A stretch of 64,000 bases of DNA from assembly GCA_965243495.1 (NCBI GenBank), contig CBDEUZ010000007.1, positions 1,511,743 through 1,575,742 of the forward strand, read 5' to 3'. The notes beneath the pieces were generated by a model. The model saw only the letters and a program-made list of their open reading frames with translations. It was not told the origin of the DNA and did not search any database. A program made the position numbers and the translations under genes. Below are positions 20,058 through 29,267 of this stretch, piece after piece. The DNA is from Dehalococcoidia bacterium (GTDB taxonomy: Bacteria > Chloroflexota > Dehalococcoidia > UBA6926). Position 1 is the stretch's first letter, and every line of letters starts with the position of its first letter.

Positions 20058-20375
20058 CTCGTCATTCCCGCGAAAGCGGGAATCCAGTACGACGCACAGC
20101 GCCGTCTCCTCCCCGTTCGCCCTGAGCCTGTCGAAGGGGGCTCCCGAACGGGGACCTGACCCAACTCGTCATTCCCGCGAAAGCGGGAATCCAGTATGGC
20201 GCACAGCGCCGTCTCCTCCCCGTTCGCCCTGAGCCTGTCGAAGGGGGCTCCCGAACCGGGACCTGGCCCACCTCGTCATTCCCGCGAAAGCGGGAATCCA
20301 GTACGACGCACAGCGCCGTCTCCCCCCGTTCGCCCTGAGCGTAGCGAAGAATCCAAAGCCGCATTGCGCAAATCA
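20058..20375. repeat. 3x tandem composite REP-like array (unit ~100 bp: family A + linker + family B hairpin)
   Basis: ctcgtcattcccgcgaaagcgggaatccagtacgacgcacagcgccgtctcc…ccccgttcgccctgagcctgtcgaagggggctcccgaacgggga repeated three times at ~20058, 20163 and 20269. Confidence 0.9.
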
Positions 20376-20388
20376 AATGCGGTAACGT

Positions 20389-21060
20389 ATGGCCATGAAC
20401 CTCCAAATTGACCCCAAAACCACCGCCCTCATCGTCGTCGACATGCAGAACGACTTCTGCCATGCGGACGGTTTCTACGCAAAGGCCGCAGGGCGAATTG
20501 AACCCCTTGGCCTTGACCCCCAACTCGTAACCGACGCCATCCCGCCCATGTCGGCACTGCTTGAGGCCGCCCGCGCATCAAGCCTCTTCATCGTCCACAC
20601 CCGCATCGAGCGAGACGATTCCCCCGACGCCGTCCACCTCATCCACAATGTCGTCGCCCAGACCTTCGGTGCTGTAGCCGACGCCCCCGGCGGCCCAGCC
20701 CTCACGCCCGGCACGTGGGGCGCGGACATCCACGACGCTCTCGCCCCACAGGACGGCGAATACGTCGTAACAAAGCGCAGCTTCTCCGCCTTCTTTGGCA
20801 CCGACCTTGAGACCGCCCTCCGCCGCCGCGGCATCCGTACCGTCATCCTCGCTGGCACAATCACCTATGCCTGTGTCCTCCACACCGCCTTCGATGCCAA
20901 CGTCCGCGATCTGGATGTCATCGTGGTCTCGGATGGCACAGCCTCATGGGCGCCCGACCTCCAGGCCCCAACCCTCCGTATCGTCGACCTCATCCTCGGC
21001 GGCACTGCAGCCACCGGAGAAATCATCGAAGCCCTCGCCCTCGCCACTCGCGAGAAATAA
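20389..21060 (+). CDS. isochorismatase-family cysteine hydrolase
   Basis: …ALIVVDMQNDFCHADG… together with the family's catalytic K and C positions. Confidence 0.7.
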   Translation: MAMNLQIDPKTTALIVVDMQNDFCHADGFYAKAAGRIEPLGLDPQLVTDAIPPMSALLEAARASSLFIVHTRIERDDSPDAVHLIHNVVAQTFGAVADAPGGPALTPGTWGADIHDALAPQDGEYVVTKRSFSAFFGTDLETALRRRGIRTVILAGTITYACVLHTAFDANVRDLDVIVVSDGTASWAPDLQAPTLRIVDLILGGTAATGEIIEALALATREK

Positions 21061-21065
21061 ACTGC

Positions 21066-21150
21066 GCAATCTCCCCGTTCACCCTGACACTGTCGAAAGT
21101 CCCCGTTCGCCCTGAGCGTAGTCGAAGGGGGTTCCCGAACGGAGAAACCT
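21066..21150. repeat. family-B REP-like elements (1.5 copies) at the left island border
   Basis: ccccgttcaccctgacactgtcgaaag + ccccgttcgccctgagcgtagtcgaagggggttcccgaacgg. Confidence 0.8.
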
Positions 21151-22761
21151 TCCCCCACTTACGCCAACGACATTCATAACAGGCCCGCTGAGAGCCATTT
21201 CCGTGGAATCGACGGGGCCGATGGGGCTATCGTCGGGCATCGGAATCGTGTAGGCAATGCTGGCTTTCCCGGGACTGATTCGGATTTCTTTGACGAACGA
21301 CCGGATGAAAGCCTTGGTCTCGGTCAACTCGCTGGTCTTGAGGAATTCACCCATTTCTCTCGCGTGGGCTGCGATTGTTTCGACCTTATCCAGGATCACC
21401 CGTCGCTCTGCAAGGGCGGTTCGGGCTTCCTCGGCTGCTATTTCCAGTTGCGCCTTCCGTTCTCGGTGTGTCGCGATGCGTTCGGACGCGTCCGACATCT
21501 CAATGGTCGCCGTTTCGATGGCCTCCAAGATCCGGTCCAATCTCTGCTTCAGGTCCGCGAGCTCGCTTTCGATGGTCGCAAGACGCTCGCGCTCCTCTCT
21601 CGCCATGCCGTCCATCTCCTCATCCAGCAACCGCACCAATCCCCGCACGTTCTTCTCGCTCAGGATGTTCTCGCGGATCTGGTCGATGATGAGGCGTTCG
21701 AAGCGCTTTGAGTTCAGGCGTGGGCAATCGCAGGTCCCGCTGCCCCGCTTGAGGAGCGATTGGCACACGTAATACGTATACCGACCGCCCTTGGCTTCAG
21801 AGGCCGATAGCGGCCTGCCGCAGTTGTCGCACGTGACAAGGCCACTGAGCACGTAAGGGCTGGAGGCTCGCATCGGGTGAATCACTTTCGGTGAGCGCGA
21901 CCCAAGGAGTTTGTTGACGCGCCGATACTCCTTAGCAGTCACGATTGCAGGGAATGCCCCCTCAACCCGGACGGGCGGCGCGCCGTCCTTGGCCGTGATA
22001 CCCCAGACCAGCGTGCCCGTATGGACTTCATTCGTCAGGATCACGTGGATTGTGTTCTTGGGCCACGTCTTGCCCCTCGGCGATGGGATACCCTCACTGT
22101 TGAGTGTCTTGGCAATCTCCATCGTTCCACGCCCCTTGAGCGCCATGTCGAAGATGCGGCGAACGATGGGCGCGGCGGACTCATCGAGTTCGAGCTTCGG
22201 CCTCTTCTTTGCGCCGTCCTGCACCAAAACGCGCCGGTAGCCGAATGGTGCATGAGGGCTCACCCAGAAGCCGCGTGACGCCGCCTCGCGCATCCCGCGC
22301 GTCACTTCCTGGGCGAGATTCTCCGAGTAGAACTCATCGACGCTCTCGATGATGGCCTCCATGAGCTTGCCGGTCGGAGTGTCGTCGGCGTGCTCTGTGA
22401 TGGAGACGACCCTGATGCCTCGCCTGCGCAGCATTGCCTTGAATGCGACGGCGTGTTCGCGCTTCCGGGTGAATCGCGAGAACTTCCAGACAAGGATTTC
22501 CTTGAACGGCGCGTTCGGCGAGCTCGCCTCGTCGAGCATCTTGCGGAACTGGGGCCGATCCGCGATGCGCCCACTCTCCGCCTCATCGATGTACTGCCGT
22601 GCGACGATATAGCCGTTCTTGTCGGCATAGTCCCGCAGTGCCCTCAACTGCGCCGCGACGGACAAGTCTACATCCTGCCGGTCACTGGAGACGCGGGCAT
22701 AGAGGGCGGCGGTCGGCAGTTGTTCCTGTTGTTGGGATTCCTTCTTCTGCTTGCCTTTCAT
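21079..22761 (-). CDS. large serine recombinase (resolvase N-domain + recombinase domain + Zn ribbon + coiled coil)
   Basis: N-terminal resolvase catalytic region (AALYARVSSDRQ…), a Cys4 zinc ribbon (CDNCGRPL…C…C), and coiled-coil-like C-terminal helices. The C-terminal tail runs into a family-B repeat. Confidence 0.8.
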   Translation of the reverse strand: MKGKQKKESQQQEQLPTAALYARVSSDRQDVDLSVAAQLRALRDYADKNGYIVARQYIDEAESGRIADRPQFRKMLDEASSPNAPFKEILVWKFSRFTRKREHAVAFKAMLRRRGIRVVSITEHADDTPTGKLMEAIIESVDEFYSENLAQEVTRGMREAASRGFWVSPHAPFGYRRVLVQDGAKKRPKLELDESAAPIVRRIFDMALKGRGTMEIAKTLNSEGIPSPRGKTWPKNTIHVILTNEVHTGTLVWGITAKDGAPPVRVEGAFPAIVTAKEYRRVNKLLGSRSPKVIHPMRASSPYVLSGLVTCDNCGRPLSASEAKGGRYTYYVCQSLLKRGSGTCDCPRLNSKRFERLIIDQIRENILSEKNVRGLVRLLDEEMDGMAREERERLATIESELADLKQRLDRILEAIETATIEMSDASERIATHRERKAQLEIAAEEARTALAERRVILDKVETIAAHAREMGEFLKTSELTETKAFIRSFVKEIRISPGKASIAYTIPMPDDSPIGPVDSTEMALSGPVMNVVGVSGGRFLRSGTPFDYAQGERGLSTVSG

Positions 22762-22969
22762 GGGGGTTCTCCTTCTGTTGAAATTGCTCGGACAGTACTC
22801 GTCCGATACTTGTCATAACCATACGAGAGCAGTCAAGGGGGTTGGTGACACATGAGAGTGAGGATCCAAAGGGGCAATCGCGGCTACTGGCCCCTAGAGA
22901 TTTTGAGATAAGGTGGCTGTGTCATATCCTGTAGCATGAAGGCGCGAGCAATCCAGTTGCGCACCAAGC

Positions 22970-24550
22970 ATGGCACAGAGGATTATGACAACGTTGACCC
23001 AGAAGAGAATTGGGGAAAAGCGATTCCCTAGCGTTTACACAAAGAACTTCGGCCCCATCGCTGAAGGTTCCGTGGAACTACGGCCATTCACAGTTTTCGT
23101 CGGGCCTAGCAATACTGGCAAATCTTACTTGGCTGTTCTTATTTATGCCCTGCACGAATTCTTCAGCGGGACAAGAACTGAATTCTTTGCCGGCACCCCA
23201 ATGAGAAGGACGCGGAGCTTGCCCTTGCCGGGGTTTGGAGATGATGCCCCAACGCAGAAGCAGATTCAAGAGGTTATCAAGTGGATTGAATCCCTAGATT
23301 CGCCCAGTTCCTTGGGAACGCGGCGGACGGGCGAACTCGACATCCCAGTTGCGGTGGCATCTACAATATGGCCTCCAATCGATGACTTCCTCACGTCGAC
23401 AGCGAGGCTTAGTCTAGCGGTCGAACGTGCACTAGGTGTCTCAGATATGGGTGATCTTGTTCGATATGGGAGCGGGCGGCCTCTGGAACTCAAGATAGAC
23501 CTTGGTGACGGCTCTGACTCGGTAATTGATCAATTTGAATACCAGGCTGAGACCTCCTCGTGGTTGTCTTCTCTCTCTGGAGTCAATTCAGAGCACTCAC
23601 TACCGACCTTGACCTTAAGTCGAGAAGAGGCCATGGCTCTGGGCGGTAATGTTCGGCATCGAGGGCCGCTTAGGCACAGCGATGATTTCCTAGTCGCCAT
23701 GACGCTTCATGAGATTGAAGAATCGATAATCAACAAGTTGGTAGGAGACTTTAGGGAGCCAGCCCACTACTTGCCAGCAGATCGGACAGGCATTATGCAT
23801 GCGCATCTGATTGCTGTAGCTTCTGTGATTCGGTCAGCAACTTACACCGGCCTGCGGGCAGAGCGGACTATGCCACAGTTGTCTGGAGTTATCGGCGACT
23901 TCCTCACGCAACTGGTAACATTGCCAAATCAAGTGCAGCGTGACCCTGCCGTTGCAAGAAGCTTGGCCAAAGATTTAGAAGCCAAGATACTTGACGGTGA
24001 AATTGACATTAATGAATCAATGACCGGCTATCCAGAATTCCGTTACCATCCACAAGGATGGGACAGACCGCTCCCCCTCATGAACACGTCATCAATGGTC
24101 TCTGAATTAGCTCCAGTGGTTCTATACCTTAGGCACGTGGTCGATCCCGGTGAACTCCTCATCATCGAAGAGCCGGAATCTCATCTCCATCCTGCAATGC
24201 AGGTTGAATTCGTACGACAGCTTGCTACCGCTATGACAAAGGGAGTTAAGATTCTCATTACAACCCACAGCGAATGGGTCTTGGAGGAGCTAGCCAATCT
24301 AGTTAGACTCTCGGCGTTGGGTGCGAATGACCGCTCAGCGATTAACCATACCGGACCAGCCTTGGATTCCGAAGATGTGGGGGTCTGGTTATTCGAACCG
24401 AAGAAGCGACCTAAGGGTTCGATCATTCGAGAAATCCAGTTCGATCCAGAACTGGGGGGTTATATCAGCGACTATGAGGACGTTGCTATCGATACGCATA
24501 ACACGTGGGCCCGAATCTCCAACCGCATTGAGGCACTTCAACAGGAATGA
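22970..24550 (+). CDS. ABC-type/AAA_21-like ATPase (defence-associated)
   Basis: Walker A FVGPSNTGKS near the N-terminus and a distal LIIEEPESHLHP (Walker B/D-loop) typical of AAA_15/AAA_21 SMC-like ATPases (the GajA/PtuA/OLD family class). The gene is visibly AT-richer. Confidence 0.65.
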   Translation: MAQRIMTTLTQKRIGEKRFPSVYTKNFGPIAEGSVELRPFTVFVGPSNTGKSYLAVLIYALHEFFSGTRTEFFAGTPMRRTRSLPLPGFGDDAPTQKQIQEVIKWIESLDSPSSLGTRRTGELDIPVAVASTIWPPIDDFLTSTARLSLAVERALGVSDMGDLVRYGSGRPLELKIDLGDGSDSVIDQFEYQAETSSWLSSLSGVNSEHSLPTLTLSREEAMALGGNVRHRGPLRHSDDFLVAMTLHEIEESIINKLVGDFREPAHYLPADRTGIMHAHLIAVASVIRSATYTGLRAERTMPQLSGVIGDFLTQLVTLPNQVQRDPAVARSLAKDLEAKILDGEIDINESMTGYPEFRYHPQGWDRPLPLMNTSSMVSELAPVVLYLRHVVDPGELLIIEEPESHLHPAMQVEFVRQLATAMTKGVKILITTHSEWVLEELANLVRLSALGANDRSAINHTGPALDSEDVGVWLFEPKKRPKGSIIREIQFDPELGGYISDYEDVAIDTHNTWARISNRIEALQQE

Positions 24551-25020
24551 GTCTTGCTTCTGAAACACGAATAGCCGTTAACAGCAGCTGTGTCGTAAAT
24601 AGAATCCAAGAGCAGTCGTGCAGATTGACGAGGCAGAACATTTCCAGTGATTCCCTGACGATCAATCTAAGGAAGTCCGCAAGCCCCGCAGACCCAAACG
24701 TCCCTCATTGCGACTTCATTTTCTTTGGCCGGATCGATGGGAACAGCCGTGAGTGGATCGTCCCTATCGAACTCAAGCGTCGCAGAGTTGACGCCGAAGA
24801 GGCGAGACGGCAACTTCAGGGCGGCGCTGATGTCGCGGATAAGATAACGCCCAAACAAGGGAGCTTTAGTTTCAAAGCTATAGTAGCAGCGCGAAAGTTC
24901 CCACCTAAGTTTAGGCAGGATCTCAGAAAGAGCGGGAACCAAGTTCGGTTCCGTGGGGTTGCATTTGTTGTTGAGACTGTCAGGTGTGGCAGTTCTCTTG
25001 CCGCCACTCTTCTAGAGTGA
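24547..25020 (+). CDS. small protein with PD-(D/E)xK-like nuclease motif, translationally coupled to the upstream ATPase
   Basis: ATGA start/stop overlap with the ATPase. Candidate motif HCDFIFF…(20 aa)…IELK (D…ExK). Confidence 0.4.
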   Translation: MSLASETRIAVNSSCVVNRIQEQSCRLTRQNISSDSLTINLRKSASPADPNVPHCDFIFFGRIDGNSREWIVPIELKRRRVDAEEARRQLQGGADVADKITPKQGSFSFKAIVAARKFPPKFRQDLRKSGNQVRFRGVAFVVETVRCGSSLAATLLE

Positions 25021-25377
25021 GTGAAAACTAGTCCCCGCGACTTACTTAGCCCGCCACACTGACCAGCCCCCAGCCCAGGGTGACTTCAACAGGCGCGGGT
25101 AAGCCAGCCAGATTGTGTTTTGCCCTGTCTTACAAACGGCCCGTACCAGTCCGCTCCTCCGCTCCCGAGGCGTCACCAAAGTGTCCGATGACAAGCTTTA
25201 CCAACTCCTGTATCAACTCGTCGACACGGTTCCGACGCGTCGGCGACCAGTCCCCGGTCAGTTCGCTAAAGGGACGCCTTCCACTCATTTGAGCAAGCCC
25301 TCTCTGCTCGCGGCTCTGGCTGTGGTATTCTCCACCACTGTTCCCATTATCTTCTGCCAAGTTTCCTCAGTCTCTTA

Positions 25378-25791
25378 CTACCGCCCTGCGACCCCTGCCG
25401 GCCCGCGCTTTCCCGGAATCAACTCGATGGGCTTCGGAATCAGCCACTCTGAGCCTGACTTGACTGCGCCGTGGAAGCGGCCGTCTCGGGCCAGCTGCCG
25501 GACGCGACGCACGGAGACACCGAGCTCGATAGCAGCCTGCTTGACGGTGACATTCGCCACGTCATCTGCGGGTGCCTCGTCCTCCAGGTCAAACTCAATG
25601 GGTTCGCCCTCTCTGAGCGTGCTGACCTCGTGGATGAGGAAACCGATGACCTCGCCGTGATCGTCGAGCCGCTTGAGGATGCGCTCGTGGTCTGTCGGCG
25701 TGAAGTAACCCTCGCGAAACGCCCAGAGGACTTCGAGCATGTCGCCTTCGTTGTCGTACCAGACTGAGACCTTTCTGGCCGTCATGTTCAT
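25378..25791 (-). CDS. DUF2283-like domain fused to excisionase/MerR-type HTH (putative antitoxin)
   Basis: N-terminal …VWYDNEGDMLEV… (DUF2283-like) and C-terminal …KQAAIELGVSVRRVRQLARDG… HTH. Confidence 0.5.
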   Translation of the reverse strand: MNMTARKVSVWYDNEGDMLEVLWAFREGYFTPTDHERILKRLDDHGEVIGFLIHEVSTLREGEPIEFDLEDEAPADDVANVTVKQAAIELGVSVRRVRQLARDGRFHGAVKSGSEWLIPKPIELIPGKRGPAGVAGR

Positions 25792-26105
25792 TCCCCCCTG
25801 ATTCTCCGGTCGAGGTAAGCGGTGAGGATGAAGGAGTAGCCGCGCTCCTGCTTCACTACGATGCAGACGTACCGATTCCTGCCGCGCAAGTCCGGGTACA
25901 GGCGATAGTAGAGGCGCACGGCGGGGCCGGATCGCGATGGCGCAATGGCGTCCGGCTCGGCAAGCGTCTCCGCAAACCGGTGTACTTGGAATGCCATTTC
26001 GGGGTGCCGTCGGAGGATATGCCGTAGCCTCTCATCGCTCAGCCTGACCTCATTTCCCCTCTCATCGACAAACCGTCGCGGTCCGTTTCCCTCACTCATT
26101 ACCAT
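25788..26105 (-). CDS. DUF4258-like small protein (putative toxin partner)
   Basis: 105 aa; 4-bp overlap with the downstream DUF2283-HTH gene. The DUF4258/DUF2283 pairing is a recurrent two-gene arrangement. Confidence 0.4.
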   Translation of the reverse strand: MVMSEGNGPRRFVDERGNEVRLSDERLRHILRRHPEMAFQVHRFAETLAEPDAIAPSRSGPAVRLYYRLYPDLRGRNRYVCIVVKQERGYSFILTAYLDRRIRGE

Positions 26106-26541
26106 ACCGCAAACTATACCTCTCGTTCCAACTCAGAGAAGCTCAGATCGCCTGAAAGTGGGCGCTGGCAAAACTGCCATTTGTATCTGGATTGGTACAA
26201 CAGCCAGATACAAAAGATGCAAAAATGTCAATTCAGCCGCTTCGTCCTCAACCCGGTGGCATCTCGGCCACAACGGCCGTTCTTGCGGTAGAGTTGCGTG
26301 GCCCGAATGATTCCACCCCGCACTCACTCCAGATAGGAAAGCGGTTGCCAAGATCGTCCACACGGCGCATATCCTCGGTGTCCCTGCGTCGGGTGGAGCC
26401 AGTTTTGACCTCGAATCCCTTTGCACCGAGTTAGCACCGCGAAACCTGTTGAGGTCAGACAGGGATAAACGAGGCCTGGCAGATATGCCGGGCCGTGGTC
26501 TCTGGGAAACACTCGAAACGGATGTTGGCAGTGCAACTGTT

Positions 26542-28521
26542 CTATCTGAAGTGTTCAACATTGTGTCTCACCGTCGGTGGCTGGCTGGCGTGTCTCCATG
26601 CGGAGGCGAACGGTCCGCGTTTCGCGAGAATATCGGTCGTTGTGCTCAAGAACGGGGCCCATGAAACCTTCCTCGTCGCAAGTATGAAGTTGGACTCGCT
26701 GGCATCCGACTCGAAGACGAAAAGCACCCGTGGCCATCGTCCTCCGTGATCCTTGCGGGCATAGTCGCTCTTGAAGTACCGGATGTAGGACTGCAGACGT
26801 TCAGTAACTCGCTTGAGAGTTGTGGCGCGGCGCTCGAACTCAAGGAAGTACGTGTGCCACTCACCCCTGAACGCAAGCTGGAATGAGGCATCGGGCATCA
26901 GCACGTGGCTCTTGACGTCGTGGGAGTAGATGATCTGAGAGCGTGCGGTAGGCAGAAGGAAACGGACATCGTAATCGCGGGAGAACTTGGCTTTGGCGGT
27001 CAGTGTGGCAGCGAAGTCTGTGATGCCGGCGTGATGGTCTGGTTGGGCTTCCATCGTGCGGAGAGCAGTGCCGAGGTAGGGGATATTGATCGTTTCGCCA
27101 GCAGGGAAAGGCTCTGAACTCCAGCGATCAAGAGTCTGGCCGACGGCGGCGCGGTCTCGGCGGGAGAGGTAAGTGAGGGTCTTCTCTCTAAGCACGTGGC
27201 CGTATTCCGTGGAGTGAATCAACCCCTGGCTCTTCAGCGACCGTAGTAGTTGATTAACGCGGCGCTTGGTGACACCACCCAGCAGGCCGGCGAGTTGCTC
27301 AGTGGTGGACAGCGGCCAATCCGCGAGGACATCGAGGGCGTCCTTCTCTGCGCGAGGCAGAGTGATTGCCAGAGATGATACAAACTGCTTCTCAGGGGCC
27401 GGCATTGTAGCAACTACCCTCTGATCGTAGATGAGATCGGGAATTGGGAACGCCGGAATGGGGTGGTTCTTGTTGGGATCCCTGATGAATTCGTCCTGCG
27501 TGTCAAGGATGTCGTTGAGGCTGGCGTGCGGAACAATCGTAGAGAACTGCTCCCTCAAGTCGAGGATGCCGCCTAGTTGCCAGACTAGGGCCGACGTGCT
27601 GTTGTTGAGGACCCTGGACTCCGTGGCAACCAAGGTGTCTTCATAGCCGCGGGACAACAGCCGGAGCGCCCTGCGCGTTGCTTGGTCAGAGGGCGTGACA
27701 ATGAGGGTGGTATTCGGCTTCTGGAAGTAGTTCAACCGCCCCAGACTTCTGATGCGATAGCGAAGATTGGCGGCCGACAGCATCGGGCCCTGTCGAACGA
27801 TGCCGAAGGAACGACCATCAGGCATGGTGAGGAGGGCATCGTACGGCCCGCTGCGGTAGTGGTCGAAACGGACCGGCGCCCCGTGGGCATCCGCGATGGC
27901 GACCTTTGCGGCGATGCGGTAGATGACTGCGATGCTATCCAACCGCTCCGCAAGTAGCTGAAACCACTGGCGCGACACGGGCCGGGTGCGCACGAACTCG
28001 CTCAACTTACCGTCGCCGGCAGCCTCGATGATGCCCTCTTGAGTTGGGTACCAACGGACTTGAGGACGCGGACCGAATTGCCTCAGCCGGTGCTGCACCG
28101 ATTCGGCGTAGCCGAACGACTTGAGCGTTCGCAGACGGTCACGCAGCGTGGACTGCGGCACATGTCGCAGCTCGGACAGATCCTCGACGGTGATGAGCGG
28201 CGTTCGACAGAGCATCAGCAGCGTCTGCCGGAGTGGGCGTGACATACCCTCAGGTTGGCGCGGATCGAAGGATGCCGTCGGCTCGGCGAGGACGGCATAC
28301 CTCGCCTCGTCGATCCGCCCGGGATCCTCGCCGAACCTGCTGATGACCGCCTGCGTCACGGCATAGCCGGCGCTGCGGCGGTCCAGGTAACGCCACAGCG
28401 TATGCCGCGAGACATCCAGATGTGCGGCTGTCCGAACACGACCGTGCCTCAGCACGTAGGCCTCCATGTACAGCCGAATGGCTCGCTGTAGCTCCGGGAC
28501 AACGGGATTACTCTTGCCCAA
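26542..28521 (-). CDS. large multi-winged-helix protein with C-terminal replication-relaxation (Replic_Relax)-like region
   Basis: Several wHTH-like segments (…RRVNQLLRSLKSQGLIHSTEYGHVL…; …LSELRHVPQSTLRDRLRTLKSFGY…) and C-terminal …LMPDASFQLAFRGEWHTYFLEFERRATT…, resembling plasmid/ICE replication-relaxation proteins. Confidence 0.4.
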   Translation of the reverse strand: MGKSNPVVPELQRAIRLYMEAYVLRHGRVRTAAHLDVSRHTLWRYLDRRSAGYAVTQAVISRFGEDPGRIDEARYAVLAEPTASFDPRQPEGMSRPLRQTLLMLCRTPLITVEDLSELRHVPQSTLRDRLRTLKSFGYAESVQHRLRQFGPRPQVRWYPTQEGIIEAAGDGKLSEFVRTRPVSRQWFQLLAERLDSIAVIYRIAAKVAIADAHGAPVRFDHYRSGPYDALLTMPDGRSFGIVRQGPMLSAANLRYRIRSLGRLNYFQKPNTTLIVTPSDQATRRALRLLSRGYEDTLVATESRVLNNSTSALVWQLGGILDLREQFSTIVPHASLNDILDTQDEFIRDPNKNHPIPAFPIPDLIYDQRVVATMPAPEKQFVSSLAITLPRAEKDALDVLADWPLSTTEQLAGLLGGVTKRRVNQLLRSLKSQGLIHSTEYGHVLREKTLTYLSRRDRAAVGQTLDRWSSEPFPAGETINIPYLGTALRTMEAQPDHHAGITDFAATLTAKAKFSRDYDVRFLLPTARSQIIYSHDVKSHVLMPDASFQLAFRGEWHTYFLEFERRATTLKRVTERLQSYIRYFKSDYARKDHGGRWPRVLFVFESDASESNFILATRKVSWAPFLSTTTDILAKRGPFASAWRHASQPPTVRHNVEHFR

Positions 28522-28848
28522 CAGGGTCTTGCTTCCTCATCGCTGGATCGTCGTAGGGCGACATTCGCCCCCACAATTCTCCGGATAAAGAGCAAGTTAG
28601 GTAATGGCCTGTAGGCCATTGTCAGAACAAGAGTTTTGTGCTAGGCAGCACGCTTTGTCGTGTGATGGCTACCACCTAGGTGCTCTAGAGAGAGTCCCAC
28701 TGATGGACGAATCTCGCCGGCAAGTTGGTGATCAGATAGGATGCGTAGTCTCTGGGCGCGAAGATTGAAACTGCCTGAAGAGGTCTGGAATCCGCTTTAG
28801 GACTTGCCGTACTATTGGGTTCGCGCTCAACTAACTACGGAGGAACTC

Positions 28849-29223
28849 ATGCCCATGCGCCGCATCTTTGTTAGCTTCGAGTACGATAGGGACAACGATT
28901 TGAAGAACAACTTCTTCAAACAAGCCGAGCAAAACTCTTCGCACCGTGTGGTCAACTCCTCGTTGAATAGGGCGTATGAGACGCAAGAATGGAAGGCGAA
29001 GGCACGGGCTGCGATTAATGGCAGCGACGTTGTGGTCATCCTAGTTGGCCGAGACACGCACAATGCTCCGGGCGTCCTGACTGAGACTGAGATTGCTGGA
29101 CAGTTGCGGAAGCCAATTCTCCAAGTGCTACCGCAGGGAAGAACGTACACTGGAGTGCCTGGTCTGAATGCTCCCATTCCGTGGCGGTGGAAAACAATCA
29201 ATGGCGCTCTTGATGACCTGTAG
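28849..29223 (+). CDS. TIR-like (DUF1863/MTH538-like) domain protein
   Basis: …RIFVSFEYDRDNDL… then …DVVVILVGRDTH… beta-strand pattern of TIR-like flavodoxin-fold proteins. GGAGG RBS 6 nt before the ATG (MPMRRIF). AT-richer region. Confidence 0.5.
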   Translation: MPMRRIFVSFEYDRDNDLKNNFFKQAEQNSSHRVVNSSLNRAYETQEWKAKARAAINGSDVVVILVGRDTHNAPGVLTETEIAGQLRKPILQVLPQGRTYTGVPGLNAPIPWRWKTINGALDDL

Positions 29224-29267
29224 GACTCTCTATCTTTCCGCCCCCTCTGAGAATGTGGAGCAGCGGA

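Noticed and set aside
20058-20375. Possible CRISPR array (28-nt palindromic repeat tcattcccgcgaaagcgggaatccagt at ~100-bp spacing)
   Set aside because: There are only three units; the 'spacers' are near-identical to each other and consist of other repeat families. The same 28-mer is scattered singly across the window, and no cas genes are present. It is a tandem composite MITE/REP.
21079-21160. Island att site at the recombinase C-terminus
   Set aside because: The sequence is a family-B REP element found elsewhere. It cannot be claimed as attL without a matching attR.
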